DNA of 61,217 nt, counting the filler, from Nemertoderma westbladi (taxonomy: Eukaryota; Animalia; Xenacoelomorpha): the NCBI GenBank assembly GCA_032718475.1. It is 3 parts of 3 records of this genome, joined end to end, with 100 filler letters (N's around TTAATTAATTAA, not from the genome) between each part and the next. Parts side by side here need not be neighbours in the genome. Positions count along the whole stretch, not along the records: positions 1 to 25,984 come from JAUCBJ010003633.1; 2 more parts are not named here. One strand, written 5' to 3'. This document shows positions 1 through 13,569 of the stretch, piece after piece (position 1 is the stretch's first letter; the number at the start of each line of letters is the position of its first letter). Under the pieces are notes generated by a model. It was not told where the DNA came from and did not search any database. It saw nothing but the letters and a program-made list of their open reading frames with translations. Made by a program: the position numbers and the translations under genes.

Positions 1-1311
1 AAGGTATTTGCAATAATGTAGCTTGAAAAGTTATGGTAATGAAAACGAGAGAAAATGTGTCTTTCAGTATTTAGTATAGTCTTTGAGATTCCTCGGCGCC
101 GTATGGGCAAACCCCGTACAGTTGAGCCCAGTTGTTTCATGTTCGACCACATCTCAGCTACTGTATTTCTCAATGAAATAAAGATTTTATTATATACTGT
201 ATATATATACTGTATTACGTTATTACATTCTTTTTTCGCATCGGTACCAACGAATCGCAATAAAGGTTAAGGAATAACGTCGTGGAGATACCTTTTCCAA
301 ACGCTTGTAGCTAGAGAAAATATTAGTTTTGACTTACCCAGTAAAGAAGTCCGGAAATGAGACTATCTCTATTTCAAATTTCATGCAATCTTTCTTATAA
401 AGAAGTTCTGGTTGTGACGACTCTGGGAGCTCAACTCAGTTTGAGCTCCCAGAGTGGTCACACACAAATTCAAATGGAAATCGACAGTAATTTTTGACCG
501 ATGACCGGATATTCCACATGTTAACTACAATCTTAAAACTTTTTACTTTATGGTTACTAAGCCTACTACTTTTTAATACATTATTACAACAAATATTATT
601 ACTGTATCATCACATTTTACTATATTATTTAGCATACAAAAAATAACAATAGTAAATGGTGAACCATTAATTTATTTAATGTATGATGGTTTTATTTGCA
701 TCAAACCCAATATGATAGATTGTTATGTAGTTACATGTTCATAATGCAGTTCAAATTATCAATAATAGTTACTTAAGTCACGTTCTGGTAATTACGATTT
801 GATAAACTTGTGTGCAGAGGCGCTTGAATCTTTACTTGCTTTTCTTTCCTTAATGATAGTACGTAGGCCATGATAGTACCTTGGATAGCACACACCGGTA
901 TCGAACCTAATAAACATTGCTTTTACGATTTACTTTCAGTTTCACTTGATTACTCACAGCTTTACCGATACTAGGGTTCCGGTACAGCAGTTCCGATTCA
1001 GTTATGCTGAAGCATGAATGCCTGTCATGTGTATAGTAGTAGGCCCCATACTGCCATATAGTGTACGGTTACTATTCCCTACTCACTATGTGCGGTACAT
1101 ATCTGTTAGTGAAGGCCGTAGCTACAATCTATGAACATGATTCATTCTATGAAAGGAGTTCTGGCCGTCCGGCATACCGGTAGGCCACATCAGTATATGA
1201 AAAAGATTTATGACGGAACTGCCGAAGGCATAACAACATATGCAAATGCAACATAGGCTATCCTATCACGATTCACGATCACTCTGTCAGGGGATTGTTA
1301 TGTACTTTCTG

Positions 1312-1653
1312 ACTTCGGGGAACGTCGCTTGAAATACTTTTATAGGCCTATATACACCGGTATACGTATACCGCTTATTTTATAAAACACTTTTTACGAT
1401 TTTTTCATAAACATTTTATGTACTGTCTACTGAGTGTCTGAACATATGGTTTCCCTCAATTGGTAAGTGATCGTTTATTGTTTTTGGTTAGAAAAGCCCG
1501 CTTCTGTAACCTGCTCCTTCCCCTCAATTGGTAAAGTGGCCCTTTGTTGTTTTGGTTACAAAACGCCTGCCTCTGTAACCTGCTCCTTTTATGAAAAAAA
1601 AATGTTTATGAAAAAAAATTGTAAAAAATGTTTCACAAAATAAGCGGTACTAT
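1312..1653. mobile_element. MITE (left part) interrupted by the hATm element; its right end resumes at 5476-5506
   Basis: Same family as the intact copy at 10138-10562 (opposite orientation); terminal remnant TTTCAAGGGACTGTTCCCATAGTA follows the TSD. Confidence 0.7.
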
Positions 1654-1661
1654 AGGCCTAT

Positions 1662-4600
1662 TAGGGTGGCCCTATAATTTTATTTTGCAATTTATTGATG
1701 TCTTACCCACTAAAAGAGTTCCTTTTGATAAAATATTACTTAGTTCCAAATTTTTCAAAAATATTTTTGAGTTAATCACTGCCAGATACTGCCTGAAGTT
1801 TATACCCTTACTGCGGTTATCACGATAGACCTACTAAGGCCGCCTTCTCCATTAATAGACTTCTGCATATCGTATCGACCTGATATTTGTCTCATTAGAA
1901 TCACAAATATCGCTTTAGTGGGGGTAGACAACATCAAATCATCAGTACTGGAAATAGTTATTGAGATATTGGTTAAAAGGTGAACTACACATTTCACATA
2001 ATTTAGTAGATCAATGCAATATCTCTCTTGTATAACATCATTTATTATCCCTAAATTGCGTAATATCTAACCTACTTCATGCTGTTTGCCTTTCCCCACA
2101 AGATGTTTGCCATTTCAATGAGACAAACTGGAGAAGGTACCTGCAGAAGTCTAGTAAAGGGAGAATGGCTGTAAAGGGTAGAGTAGGCCTATGATGAAAA
2201 AACCTTTGAGTGAATATGCATATAATTTTAAATGATATAAGTCATTATTATCATTATTATTTAATTATTTTTTAGTTATAATATTATATTTAGTTATAAT
2301 TTGAACAGAGGGATAGACAGACACAAAGAGTTTATAAACTTATGATTAGAGCAAATTATTACATCATTCCAAAACTCAAATGTTAAATCTACTATGAAAT
2401 TAAAGAATATATAATAAAATGCAGTTTGTTGACTAAATTGTTTTGGCCAGCAGTTCTTTAGTTGGTTTAGGGTATTTTTCTCTATGTGCTTCAACTACTT
2501 GCAGTAAATATTGTTTTTGATCTTCTTTGTTTGTAATAATTGAATTATATTCTTTCATAAGTCCAACTCCTCGCTCAGCAAAGTCATTCACAACTTCTAC
2601 ATTACCAATCTTCCTTTGAGAAACACAATAATCTTCCTGTTTATCCCATTCCTCTGGATCCAACTCAATGAATGAGGTTGGCAGCTGCAGTTTTATAAAT
2701 AATGACTTAGAGGTTGATGTTATTAAATCTGCAATAGTCAATCCCTGTAATGCTTCACCCGTTGCCATAAGTTTGATCCTCTTTGGAGGATCTCCAGATC
2801 CTTCTTTCTTTAGTGCTTCTACCATTTTTCTCTTCACATCATAGGATAGGGAGTTGTCAAAAAATGCTAATGCAGAGAGTTCCTCACTAAGGTACCAAAG
2901 GTGCCTTGAAAATGATGTTACAGCAGCCTTTGAGATAGATGTGTTACCATAACATTCCAGTTGTTGAAGGAATTGTAAGTCATGCGCAGGAGCGCCTGCA
3001 GCATTGGTGGCTTTAAACCATGCAGGAATATACAACAATATAGCAAATGTTGTGAAATTGCATATCCCCATTTGTTTCTTGCTTTGAAAGTTTGAATTGA
3101 TGGCGAAATAGGATATAATTTTAAGGAATATATAATCTTAGACATCCATCTTGCATTAGATAGCCCTCCAGGTTGTAAAAAACGAATTCCTCTAGGAGGA
3201 ACACCACCAAGGAAAATTACAGTGAGTTCCAGCATCTCTCTATATTCATCTCGTGGATGATATAACTGAAGCTGATTGATACAGAACTGTTTGATGGAAT
3301 CTTTTGATGTCTGAAGTTGCAAACTTACAGAAGTATCTAACTCTTCTGGTTTAGGGACTTTGTAATCATTCTTGTCAATAAATTCCCACTTACTCTGGAA
3401 GCGCTTAAAAAGTAGAATATCAGGTGCCTTAGAATGCCCAAGGCATACATCAAACACTGCAGCTGCAACTAACTCTAGGATATGGTGCCGACACGCAAAG
3501 TAAAGAAGACTTGTTCCAATCTTCTGCTCAATTAATGTTGCAGCACCATTTAGCCTTCCCGTGTTTGTGGAAGTTGTATCGAATGACATCCCAACAACAC
3601 GGTCAACAATGTTCCAATCTTTCAAACAGCCCACCACAGCACCTGAAATCAAATCACCTGTTCCTGATGGAAGCTTTGGAACACCTAGAAGTTTTGATGC
3701 TCCACTTTCTATACCTGTAATTAACACAGGCAAACGGTCTACTTTCTCTGTCCCAACAATATCGGGTAAGATTTTGCCATCCCAATGAGAGATGAAGATA
3801 TCATCAGGATTGAATTTATCCTTTATTTCCTTAGCTATACTTTCCCTTAAGGAAATACGTGTGCGTTCTATTGTGGTACGGCTCATGGCTATCTTCTTTA
3901 AATCAGTACCAAGAGACTTCGCAGTAGCTGACAAAATATAAACTGCCTTTCTGTCACTTACTTTAGTTCGATCAAGGGCTGATGCAAGTTCGGGACTAAC
4001 TATGTTTTTAACAGTTTGTTTTCCTCTGCACCTTCGTTTAGGTGCTGGTGCAGCTGAAGAGGTTGATGGTTGGTTATCAGATTCACTGCTACCTGCATCA
4101 GATTCACTCTCAAATTGAAATGTCTCATAACGTTTGCTTGAAGCTTTAGATTCAATTGAAATACGCTGAATAATTTTTTTTTGACGGTCCTGTAAACGCT
4201 GTTCCTTTTTTGATAAAATCAAATCAACTCCAACCATACATCCAGGTCTTCCCTTTTCACGCTGGGAAATCAAAAATTCCCTATCCTCTGGTATTGATAT
4301 AGTTGTTAGGGCATCCTTGTGTGCTATATCAAAGAGTGACTCAAGTAAAGCCACAAAATCTTGCTCCTTCTTGATTTGGGGTACTGAACGACGTTTAATT
4401 TCGTTTTTAATCTTATTTTAATATGGTGCCATAGTATAAGTCGTTTTGTTTTATTCTCTGTTCAACTTTCTCCTGTTTTATTTTATTATGTGCAGTTTTA
4501 TTTGTACGCTTCTATGACAGCGGTGTCTCCACCCAAATAATATAATATAATAATATACTCAATCGACCCTTTATAAGGTTTCTATGATCATTTAGCTTTT

Positions 4601-5467
4601 TTTCGAAACGGTTTATTATATTATGCTCTGCCGATGTTGGTATTCTGGCTTTCTTCCAAAAGATCATTACCTCACGGACTACAATTGTAGAACTCTCTCG
4701 AACAGTATTTTTCTCAACATCATGATAATGGTGATATAGTCTCAATGCTTCACCCCATGTTGGCAACTTTGTACCAGTAAGTCCTGAGACAGGAAAGCCA
4801 ATCAACCAAACTTCTGAGTTCTTACGAGTTGTTGGTTTGTTTACTTTTGCCATTAAAATATGTCAGAGAATGTGAAATCCAAAGCAGGACAACCGTAATA
4901 ATAAGTGTACCAGCAACAACTTAATCTGCAAACTGAAAGCCTACAAATAATTTATTCAGCCTGGTAGTCAGTCATTAGGCCTATATGAGACCAATCTATG
5001 AAGTAGAGAATACAATACTGCAATATGTAAGGTACCAGTACATACAGAAATTCCTTATGAATTCATGTGAAGTGATTAAATATCAACCAAACATTCAAAC
5101 AATATAAAAATATATAATTAAATCAGTATGATGATTGACGATGTTATTTGGAAATAGTCTAACAATCACCATCACACAGCTGCACTAACAATTAGATAGG
5201 CATGAATCAATGATTACTTAGAGATTATTCAAAGATTAAAATGAGGGGGGGGTAATCAAACGCAATAATGCAGTACCGGTACCGGCACCGGTAATACATA
5301 TAGGCGATACGGGTAGAAATTTTAGCCAGTGTCTGGCAGTGGTTAATGCATATTAATTTTAATGAAATTTTGCATGAGCTATCACCTTATGAATATAAAC
5401 ACATTTTGGTGGTAAGACATTGAAAAATATGAAAATAAAAAATAAGTGCCATTTTTGGGCCACCCTA
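1662..5467 (-). mobile_element. hAT-superfamily (hATm-like) DNA transposon, full length
   Basis: Termini TAGGGTGGCCC / GGGCCACCCTA with imperfect subterminal IRs; perfect 8-bp TSD AGGCCTAT (1654-1661, 5468-5475); internal transposase ORFs. Confidence 0.92.
2433..4853 (-). pseudogene. DDE transposase (hATm-type), disrupted
   Basis: ORFs 4512-4853, 2918-4354 and 2433-3071 join into one protein with HWDGK, MSFDTT.TNTG, ACRHH, ARWM, RHLWYL and NDFAERGV motifs; frameshifts near 3110 and 3068; AT-rich interruption about 4400-4565. Confidence 0.88.
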
Positions 5468-6733
5468 AGGCCTATATAAGTTTTTCAAGGGACTGTTCCC
5501 ATAGTAATTATACGTAGGTAGGTCTATGTATACCCCGATCCGTCCCCGAGCCGAGGTGCCAGGTAGCCCATCCAGCGATATTGGGAAATAGTCATCTTCT
5601 GTGAAGCGGGTAGGATAGTAGGTCTATGGGAGTATGGGTTGGATAGGCTAATTAGGGCTAGGCTAATTAGGCATTCAGGCATTATTAGTGAGTGTAAATC
5701 AGGGTAAATCCGAGAAGCCCGGTATAGTTGATAAATACCTGGACTGTTAGTGTGCACCGCCAGTAAACCATAATCATACAGACAGGCTTCGCTTTCGCTT
5801 ATAGGCTTTACATATTGAAAGAATGAATGATTTCCGGGGTCCTAAATGGTAAATATACTAATCAGCTGTTTGCACAAAGGCCAAAACTGCGGCATTGATG
5901 AATGGGACCTTTCCATAAGATTATGTCTGTATGTAGGGGGTAGGGTAGGCTTATTCCATTGGCCAACTATTATAGGGTCAATGACCTTCATGAGAGATAA
6001 ATTGTTAAAGTTAAGCTGATTTACTGTAACAAATCAGATCCGACAACGTCAAGTACGTTGACCTAATGACTATTGTAGTGTGGCTGGAAACCAATGCAAA
6101 TATTGGATATTGCTCTACAATCTAAAGCTAATGCAATGTTCGTGGATAAGCAAGGCAGAGACAGAGAGAGGGTGGAGGGTGGGTAGGACCTCGCCTTTGG
6201 CTTTGTAAATAAGTGTTTTGCATTATTATTGTTTATTCATAACGTTAGTTTACTACCGGTAGACCTAATTGTTAGTCGATTTTTATGTATGCCTTACTTA
6301 TGTTATATCGTATAATAATGAAGTGACTGACTACTTACTACACAGTAAAATTTGTTAATTAATATTAAATTAGCAGTGATTAATCGATATTTCGTACATA
6401 CTGTACACTACAGTAGTAGGTCTAGTACTGTACATATTATATTATACAGTATATTATATAATGTTTCAGTCAGTAACTTAACTGTAGGCCAGTGGCCAGG
6501 AGGCCAGTCTAGGCCTCAACTGTATGCTAATATCTACAGTACTCCCGTACTCTGTAGGCTACCTACGTACTTTAATACAGTACGCGATGTCAGTTCACAA
6601 TAAGTACATTAACTTTTGCCATTTACAGTATATATATATTTGTTTATTATTATTATTCTATCTCAGTAAGCCTTACCTAACTTTTATGACACTTTTGGTC
6701 GACTGTCAGACTGTAGGTCTAGTTGTATTTTTC

Positions 6734-7573
6734 GGGTGTAAACGCTACGCCGACAACCGACCACCAACGTCGACAACCATTACTAAAGCGAATTAATGTT
6801 ATTTATCAATTGAGGGAAAGAAACAGGTTACAGTGGAAGTTTATTCTAACCAAAACAATAAATGATAGTCTCGATCACGAACGCAGGTCCCATTGGTATT
6901 AGTATGGCCTGTGACCCCACTTTTTGATGAAAAAACTAGCTAGTAATTTATGATATACTAGCTACATATGTTGGTATTATGTTTGCCCCACTCTTGTTCT
7001 ACATTCTGGAACATTTTTCTTGTGTTGCTATGGTAACCAAGTGTTGTAAATAATGATTTATTGAAGGTTAATCGAATATGTTATTTAATGAATATAACAA
7101 TGTAAATTGATTAGTTTTTTGTTTTTGAACTGAATTAAACAGATTTCTATAATTCGCTATTGTTTATTAGTGTTATCAGTTTGCTGAATGGGGCCTCCCT
7201 GTTGTAATTTCGCCACCAAAATTCAGCGAGATGATTCTGTAACAGGTTCTTATTGGTTCCTCTCATGGTTTTTACACGCAAAATTAAGCAATTTTATTGT
7301 ACATAAATTTTCAAAACTAACATTCTTAAAACGCCTTTTTTCTCCAAAATGGTAACCATGGCAACTGTCAAATAACATTCTGGAACATCGCAATAGATCG
7401 TTCTATCTAGTTAGTTTTTTTCAGTTTAGTTAGACTCTATCTAAATAGACTATCTACTTAGTTTTTGTCATCAAAAAGTGGGGTCACAGGCCATACTAAT
7501 ACCGGTCCCATTTTCATATTTGCTGTTGTCGGCAGTCCAGTGGTTGTCGGTTGTCGGCGTAGCGTTTACACCC
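6734..7573. mobile_element. MULE-like MITE
   Basis: TIR GGGTGTAAACGCTACGCCGACAACCGAC; perfect 9-bp TSD GTATTTTTC (6725-6733, 7574-7582). Confidence 0.88.
6895..7503. mobile_element. MULE-like MITE nested in 6734-7573
   Basis: TIR GGTATTAGTATGGCCTGTGACCCCACTTTTTGATGA; perfect 9-bp TSD GGTCCCATT (6886-6894, 7504-7512). Confidence 0.9.
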
Positions 7574-7754
7574 GTATTTTTCAGTATGATTGGAGTGATT
7601 TTTTCACAATCGAACGAATAATGAAGTACTGAGTTTGAGTGAGTACAAATTTATTTTTTTTTTAAAACAAGGTGCACCCCTAAACGGGGTAAAAGGTTTA
7701 TTTTTTTAAAATTGTTAAAAATAGTAATATTCAAAAGTTTAAAATTAATTAAAT

Positions 7755-7910
7755 TTTTTTGAGTGAGTACAAATGAAGCCACGAGGGCAGAACAATATAG
7801 TAAAACGCGTAAACCTGCATTTCAGAAGTACATTTTTTGAGTGAGTACAAATGAAGCCACGAGGGCAGAACAATATAGTAAAACGCGTAAACCTGCATTT
7901 CAGAAGTACA
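7755..7910. repeat. 78-bp tandem duplication
   Basis: Two identical copies of GAGTGAGTACAAATGAAGCCACG...CAGAAGTACA, 78 bp apart. Confidence 0.9.
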
Positions 7911-8184
7911 CATGTACGTACATTGTGCAATTCTAAATTGATCTTTCCATTCTCTGATATACCTACTATATAGTTTTTCCTGCCGCCTTTCGATTTTCGA
8001 TTTAATATTTCAGTTTTTTAATTTCGATGTTCGGTTGATATTTCAATTATAGAGAACCTTTCAGGACTTTAGTTTGAGATATTAGTTCTAGTTTCTGGTT
8101 TGGTTGAGGCTAGTCTCTATGGCAAATACAGTAGATAGTCAGTAACAGTTGTTGTACCTAGTAGAACCTAGTAATAGTGGTTTG

Positions 8185-8916
8185 CAGAGGCGTAGCGAGC
8201 CCTTCTGGCGCCCAGGGGAATGAAGTTGAGATAGCGCCCCCCCCCCCCCCCCCCCTTCAATAATTTTAACTTTTCATTTATGGCGGTTTTTTTAATATTA
8301 TATAACAGAATATAATATTACAAAAAAACATCTATAAAACAGTTTACTAAAAATATAACTATATCAAATCTATTATAAACAAGTTTGATATAGTGGAATT
8401 CTAATAATGTATATTGAATTGCGAGCGAAGCGAACAGATAAAATTTTTAGATTTTTCGCTTATGACACATAACCTGTATACTGTACTGTATCACAATCCC
8501 TGAATTTTCACTGATTTGTCTTATTTTTACAAGAATTCCCTGACATTTGCCTGGCATTTCGGCCCATGTGAAGAATACCACACTTTCTGCCGTTATATTT
8601 CAATTTGCAGTTACCCCATGTGAAGAATACCAGGTTTTCACCAAAAGCACAGGTTACAGAAGGGCTGAATCTAACTAAAACAATAAACGAATTAGTATAT
8701 GTACAGGTTATAAGACAGAAACAACCGCTATAAAACACTTAATAAAGATAAAATTATAAAAATAAAAAATCTTCATATATAAAATACCAATAAAAAGTCG
8801 ACCGAAAAGTGAAATCCTGGTATTCTTCACATGGGCGGGCATTTCAGCGCCCCCAGTTGAGTGCGCCCGGGGGAACATTCCCCCCCCTCCCCTCCCCACC
8901 CCTCGCTACGCCTCTG
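8185..8916. mobile_element. hAT-type MITE
   Basis: TIR CAGAGGCGTAGCGAG; perfect 8-bp TSD GTGGTTTG (8177-8184, 8917-8924). Confidence 0.9.
8561..8837. mobile_element. small MITE nested in 8185-8916
   Basis: IR GCCCATGTGAAGAATACCA; 8-bp flanking duplication GGCATTTC; the same motif recurs near 8614 and 9958. Confidence 0.7.
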
Positions 8917-10137
8917 GTGGTTTGTGGTTACAATATATTCGCGTAGGAATGGTTAAAATATCTGTCCAGTTCATGGTAATGGTTACTTTAAACTCATTAT
9001 AAGTATATATATTGTGATTTATTTATTGTAAGTATATATATTAGAGCTGCCAACCAACATCAATTATTTATTGTATTATTGTGCGAATTTTCCCCTAACA
9101 CCGCTTCAGCCTTCAGGCAGCAGCTGCTTTTTTATAACAGACTCAGGGTTGAGATTATGGATTTGTCCCTTGGGGCAATGGGAACGGCCAACGAAGTTTT
9201 CTATATTTATTTATTATAATTTATGATTGAAATTACTAAGGGATGGGAAGAGGCATTCGTTCGTTTTTGGGAAGATGTTCCATGAACCAAAAGAGCAGCT
9301 GTCATTTCTCGTTAATTATATTTCGGATACTATGATTTAAGTTAGGCTGGTTGAAGCATTAATTAATTGGAATCCAACCAATCAGTGATGTTACAGTGTT
9401 AGCAGTGGTTGCTATTGGTTAACCCCACTAAGAGTAAGAAGGTTTAGATTGGCAGCTGCTACACTGAGGGAGGAATTTGTGTTTGAAGCTGTTGGAGTAA
9501 GAGAGCTAGCTACTTGACCAAGCACAAGCACAGCTATTTCTAATTCTCACTATTTTACTGAGTGATGTTATGTTTGTTATTTTAATTACATTGTATTGCT
9601 GCTCAGTGCTCATATAAACAAGATTGTACAAAATTTCAATGTTATATAATTTGATATTGCTTTTCAAATTTTCAATAGGTATAATTTTAGGTACAGTCTG
9701 ATTTTATTAAGGCCTATCTTAAAGGTAGTCGGTAAGTTAAAAGAAGTAAAAATAGTCATCAAAAATCAAGAATTGTTTTTTCATCAAGAATTGTCATCAT
9801 GTTATGTCCTAATCTGAGCAATTTATGTAAAATCAAATTCTGCAATTAATAAAGTCCTTTTTGTTTGAACAGGCAACGTATAAAATATTAATAAAAATGT
9901 ATTGCCCCAAATGAAGTTTACCAGATTTCAGCTGATATATTTCACTTTGCTGTTTACCCCCATATGAAGAATACCAGGTTTTGACTAAAAAATCGCAACA
10001 AATTTATTTTGCACTAAAAATAATAATTTATCCACTAAATTTTTCCTTCACTAAAATAATTATTATTCTACACATTTTATTCTTCACATTTTATTTCCAA
10101 TTAATGATAATTCTGTTTCAACTATTTTGGATGTAAT

Positions 10138-10562
10138 TACTTTGGGAACCGTCCCTTCGAAACACTTATACTGTATATACCGGAACCGCTTATTTTATGA
10201 AACACTTTTTACAATTTTTTTCATAAACATTTTTTTTTTCATAAATAAGTAAAACACGTCATAAACAAATTAAGGAAAAGGAGCATGTTACAGAAGCAGG
10301 CTTTTCTAACCAAAACAATAAACGCCCACTTTACCAATTGAGGGAAAGAAGCAGCAGGTTACAGAGGCGGGTTTTTCTAACCAAAACAATAAACGATCAC
10401 TTTACCAATTGAGGGAAACAATATGGTCAGGTCAGACAGTCAGTAGAAAAAATGTTTATGAAAAAATATTGTAAAATGTGTTTCATAAAATAAGCGGTAT
10501 ATATATATATATATAGTATATACTGTATATATAAAAGTGTTTCAAGGGCGGTCCCCAAAGTG
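10138..10562. mobile_element. MITE with long imperfect TIRs
   Basis: ACTTTGGGAACCGTCCCTT... / ...AAGGGCGGTCCCCAAAGT, plus inner IR ACCGCTTATTTTATGAAACAC; second copy at 1312-5506. Confidence 0.8.
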
Positions 10563-10618
10563 AACACACTTATAACAATCCCCACAATTTGTAATTTTGT
10601 AACCACCAAATTTAATCA

Positions 10619-10710
10619 TATTTCACTAAATATGATATTTCACTAAATATGATATTTCATTAAATATGATATTTCACTAAATATGATATTTCACTAAATA
10701 TTATATTTCA
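10619..10710. repeat. 17-bp minisatellite (TATTTCACTAAATATGA) x~5
   Basis: Direct tandem copies. Confidence 0.85.
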
Positions 10711-13569
10711 CAGTATATATATATATAAATATCATTTTTCACAGTATACAGGAATGTTTACATTCAAAATGGTTACATAAAAATTATGTCCTGCGTTGTT
10801 AGATATAATTGTATTTGTAATATAATTTGTAGCAATTGTATTTTTATTTATAACTGATTTGAATCCGGTAAATTAAATTATTACATGTGCTATTGACTTT
10901 CGTTTATTGTTTTGGTTAGAATAACATGTCACAGTAACCTGCGTTTTCCCTGAAAATCTCAGGACCTAACGACTTAGTAGCCTGCCCTTTAAACTTACAG
11001 TCTGAAAGTATCTATTTACAGATTGTAACTCTTTAGCAAGCTGCATTTTATCTTTCATTTGTTGGTTTGGTTCCCCGATCGCTGCCTCTGAATCCTGCTC
11101 CTTTATAAACCTGAAACCTGAAGCGGCAGATCAGATCTACTACCGTGGAAATTATCGCGCGGGAACGCATCAAACCACCAGCCAATGCAATGGAAGGTAC
11201 AGTAGTAGGCCTACAGAGCCTAAAAATTTAGTGATGATATTTAGTGAAATTGTAAAAATTTTTACAGTAAAATAATGATTATATTTAGTGAATATATGAT
11301 TAGTTAATAATAATAATAAATTATTATTTTTAGTGATAAATTATTATTTTTTAGTTAAAAATGGTTATTTTTTGTTTAAAATGATTATTTTTAGTGATAA
11401 GTCATTTATTCTTTTTGCAATGATTTTTAGTGATAAATTAATTATTTAGTCATTAGTGATGAGTTATTATTTTTAGTGATTTTGGCATTAGATTTAGGGA
11501 AAAACTCGTGATGTTAAATTGTGGTACGTACGTACATACTACCACAGTTTAACGTCACAGTTACTTATTTCTAATTTTCAACATACAGTAACGCCATTAG
11601 TATTTACCTAAAATTTATATGTAGGTAGGCCTATACACTATACAGTATGGTATGTACTGTATATTTAATAGCTGACTTCAGTAGGCCTATAGTTGGGTAA
11701 TTTACAGTAGTCTTATCAGAACTCTATGGACGAGTATATTATTTCAATGAAAATGAACCATAATCTTATTATAATTGTTTTTTGTCTTTATGGTTATTTT
11801 AAAAACATTAAAAATTTTTTTTTGAAATGATTCAGTTAGGCCTACACACGTCTCCTACTGTTAAAGCACAGTATCTGTAAAATACAGCTGTTTATCTACT
11901 GATAATTAAGTTTAAAATATTTGTACTACTGTAGTTGTTGCATACGGTCAAATTTCAGACTGTTCTAGCTTAGGGCAAGTACTGTAATGTAATGTAGCGA
12001 GTACTCTACTGTACTGTAATTAAATGCTAAAATATTAAAATATACCATAACTTTTGATTGGTTGGGTTAAATCTGTAATATTAAGTTAAGTTCTAACGAT
12101 TTCTTTATCTTTTCATTCTTGTTATAAAGTTAAAGGTTGGTTGGAGAAATCCAACCAACCAATCCAACTGCGTACATCTTGTTGTTGGGAACTACTTTAA
12201 CAGTGTTAACTTCTGATCCTCGCGGCTTTATTTTCAATCACTCACTATGTTCGTTCGTGTAACAAACTATTTGATCATTTGATTATTTATTGGAGATAAT
12301 TAGAAAATCATAAGGAACGAATGCGGAAAATATGTTGTTATGTGTATAGGTCCTACTGTATACTGTTAAGTAGTAGTCATTCGTTTACACGTTATACAGT
12401 ACTGACGATAAATTTCATTTAATTTAAAATGAATGCAAAATCATAGTCAGTCAGCCAGCCACCTTCGTAGTATGTATTACTGTGGCACCACTGCAGACGG
12501 GAATTTGTCAGAATTGACATGGCAGCATGGCGTGACGCCATGTCAATTCTGACAAATTCCGAAAATCCGAAAATTCCTAAAAATTAAAGTAAATTGATAG
12601 ATTATATAATCTGTAAATAATTTGTAACTTTATTTGTAATTACACCGCGCAACGCTTTTATATTTTTTCTAATAGGCGGAAAAAATTAGTTAATTACATA
12701 ATTAGTTAATTACATAATTAGTTAGGCCTAATTAATTATATATATATATATATTATTCTATTGCATCAAATGCATACGATAAACAGATAGGCCTAAGTAC
12801 ATAACTGTATTATAGAATTATATTATTTGTTATTACAATATTACCGGAATGCCTACATAATTATTTTGTTTTGTTATGTTATTAGGTTATTATAATTATA
12901 TTGTTTAGTGCTCTATGTCCAATACAATATTTTTTTAATTATTTCTCAAACTGTTTTGGTTTCATGTTATGTTGCAGTTTCTATTATGATGTTAAATTAA
13001 ATTTACCAATCAATAGCAGTTGTAGTCTATAGCAATATGTACCTGTAATTAATTCTGAGCATGGCAGCATGGTGGCAGTGTACACATTAGTAGGAGGGGT
13101 CTGGCGGCGTCATGGTGAGCCTGTCTAGACAGAGTAGACCTTCAGTTTTTTTTGTTTGCAGTGTTTTTATTAATTTAATTTTAAGTTTAACTCAACCAAC
13201 CAAAATGTATTTGTCTGTGTTTATCATAATCTTTACTTTGAAGTGTTTTTCTAAAACTACCGGTAGCTGAACTACATTTTGTAACAGATTTAAGTAATAA
13301 AGCATTTTTTGATACAACAAAAAGGTTGCTTGAGGGTGGCGTAACGTCTGACACATTCTACGTATATCAGTATATTCAGCCTACTGTTGCGCTACCGGTA
13401 CTCAATACTGCAGTACGCCGATCGTCCGTTCTCCAGTTATCTGCTGTACCCCAGTCATAACCAGTCAGGCAGTTACTGGCTGACTACCTACCGGTACCGG
13501 CACTTTCGTGGATTCGGTTGAAGGAGTCCCTACTTATTCTAGAATATAACTTTCTGGAATCGCTCCCCA

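Noticed and set aside
1-160. Open minus-strand frame running off the window edge
   Set aside because: No recognisable motif; the candidate upstream donor near 337 is out of phase
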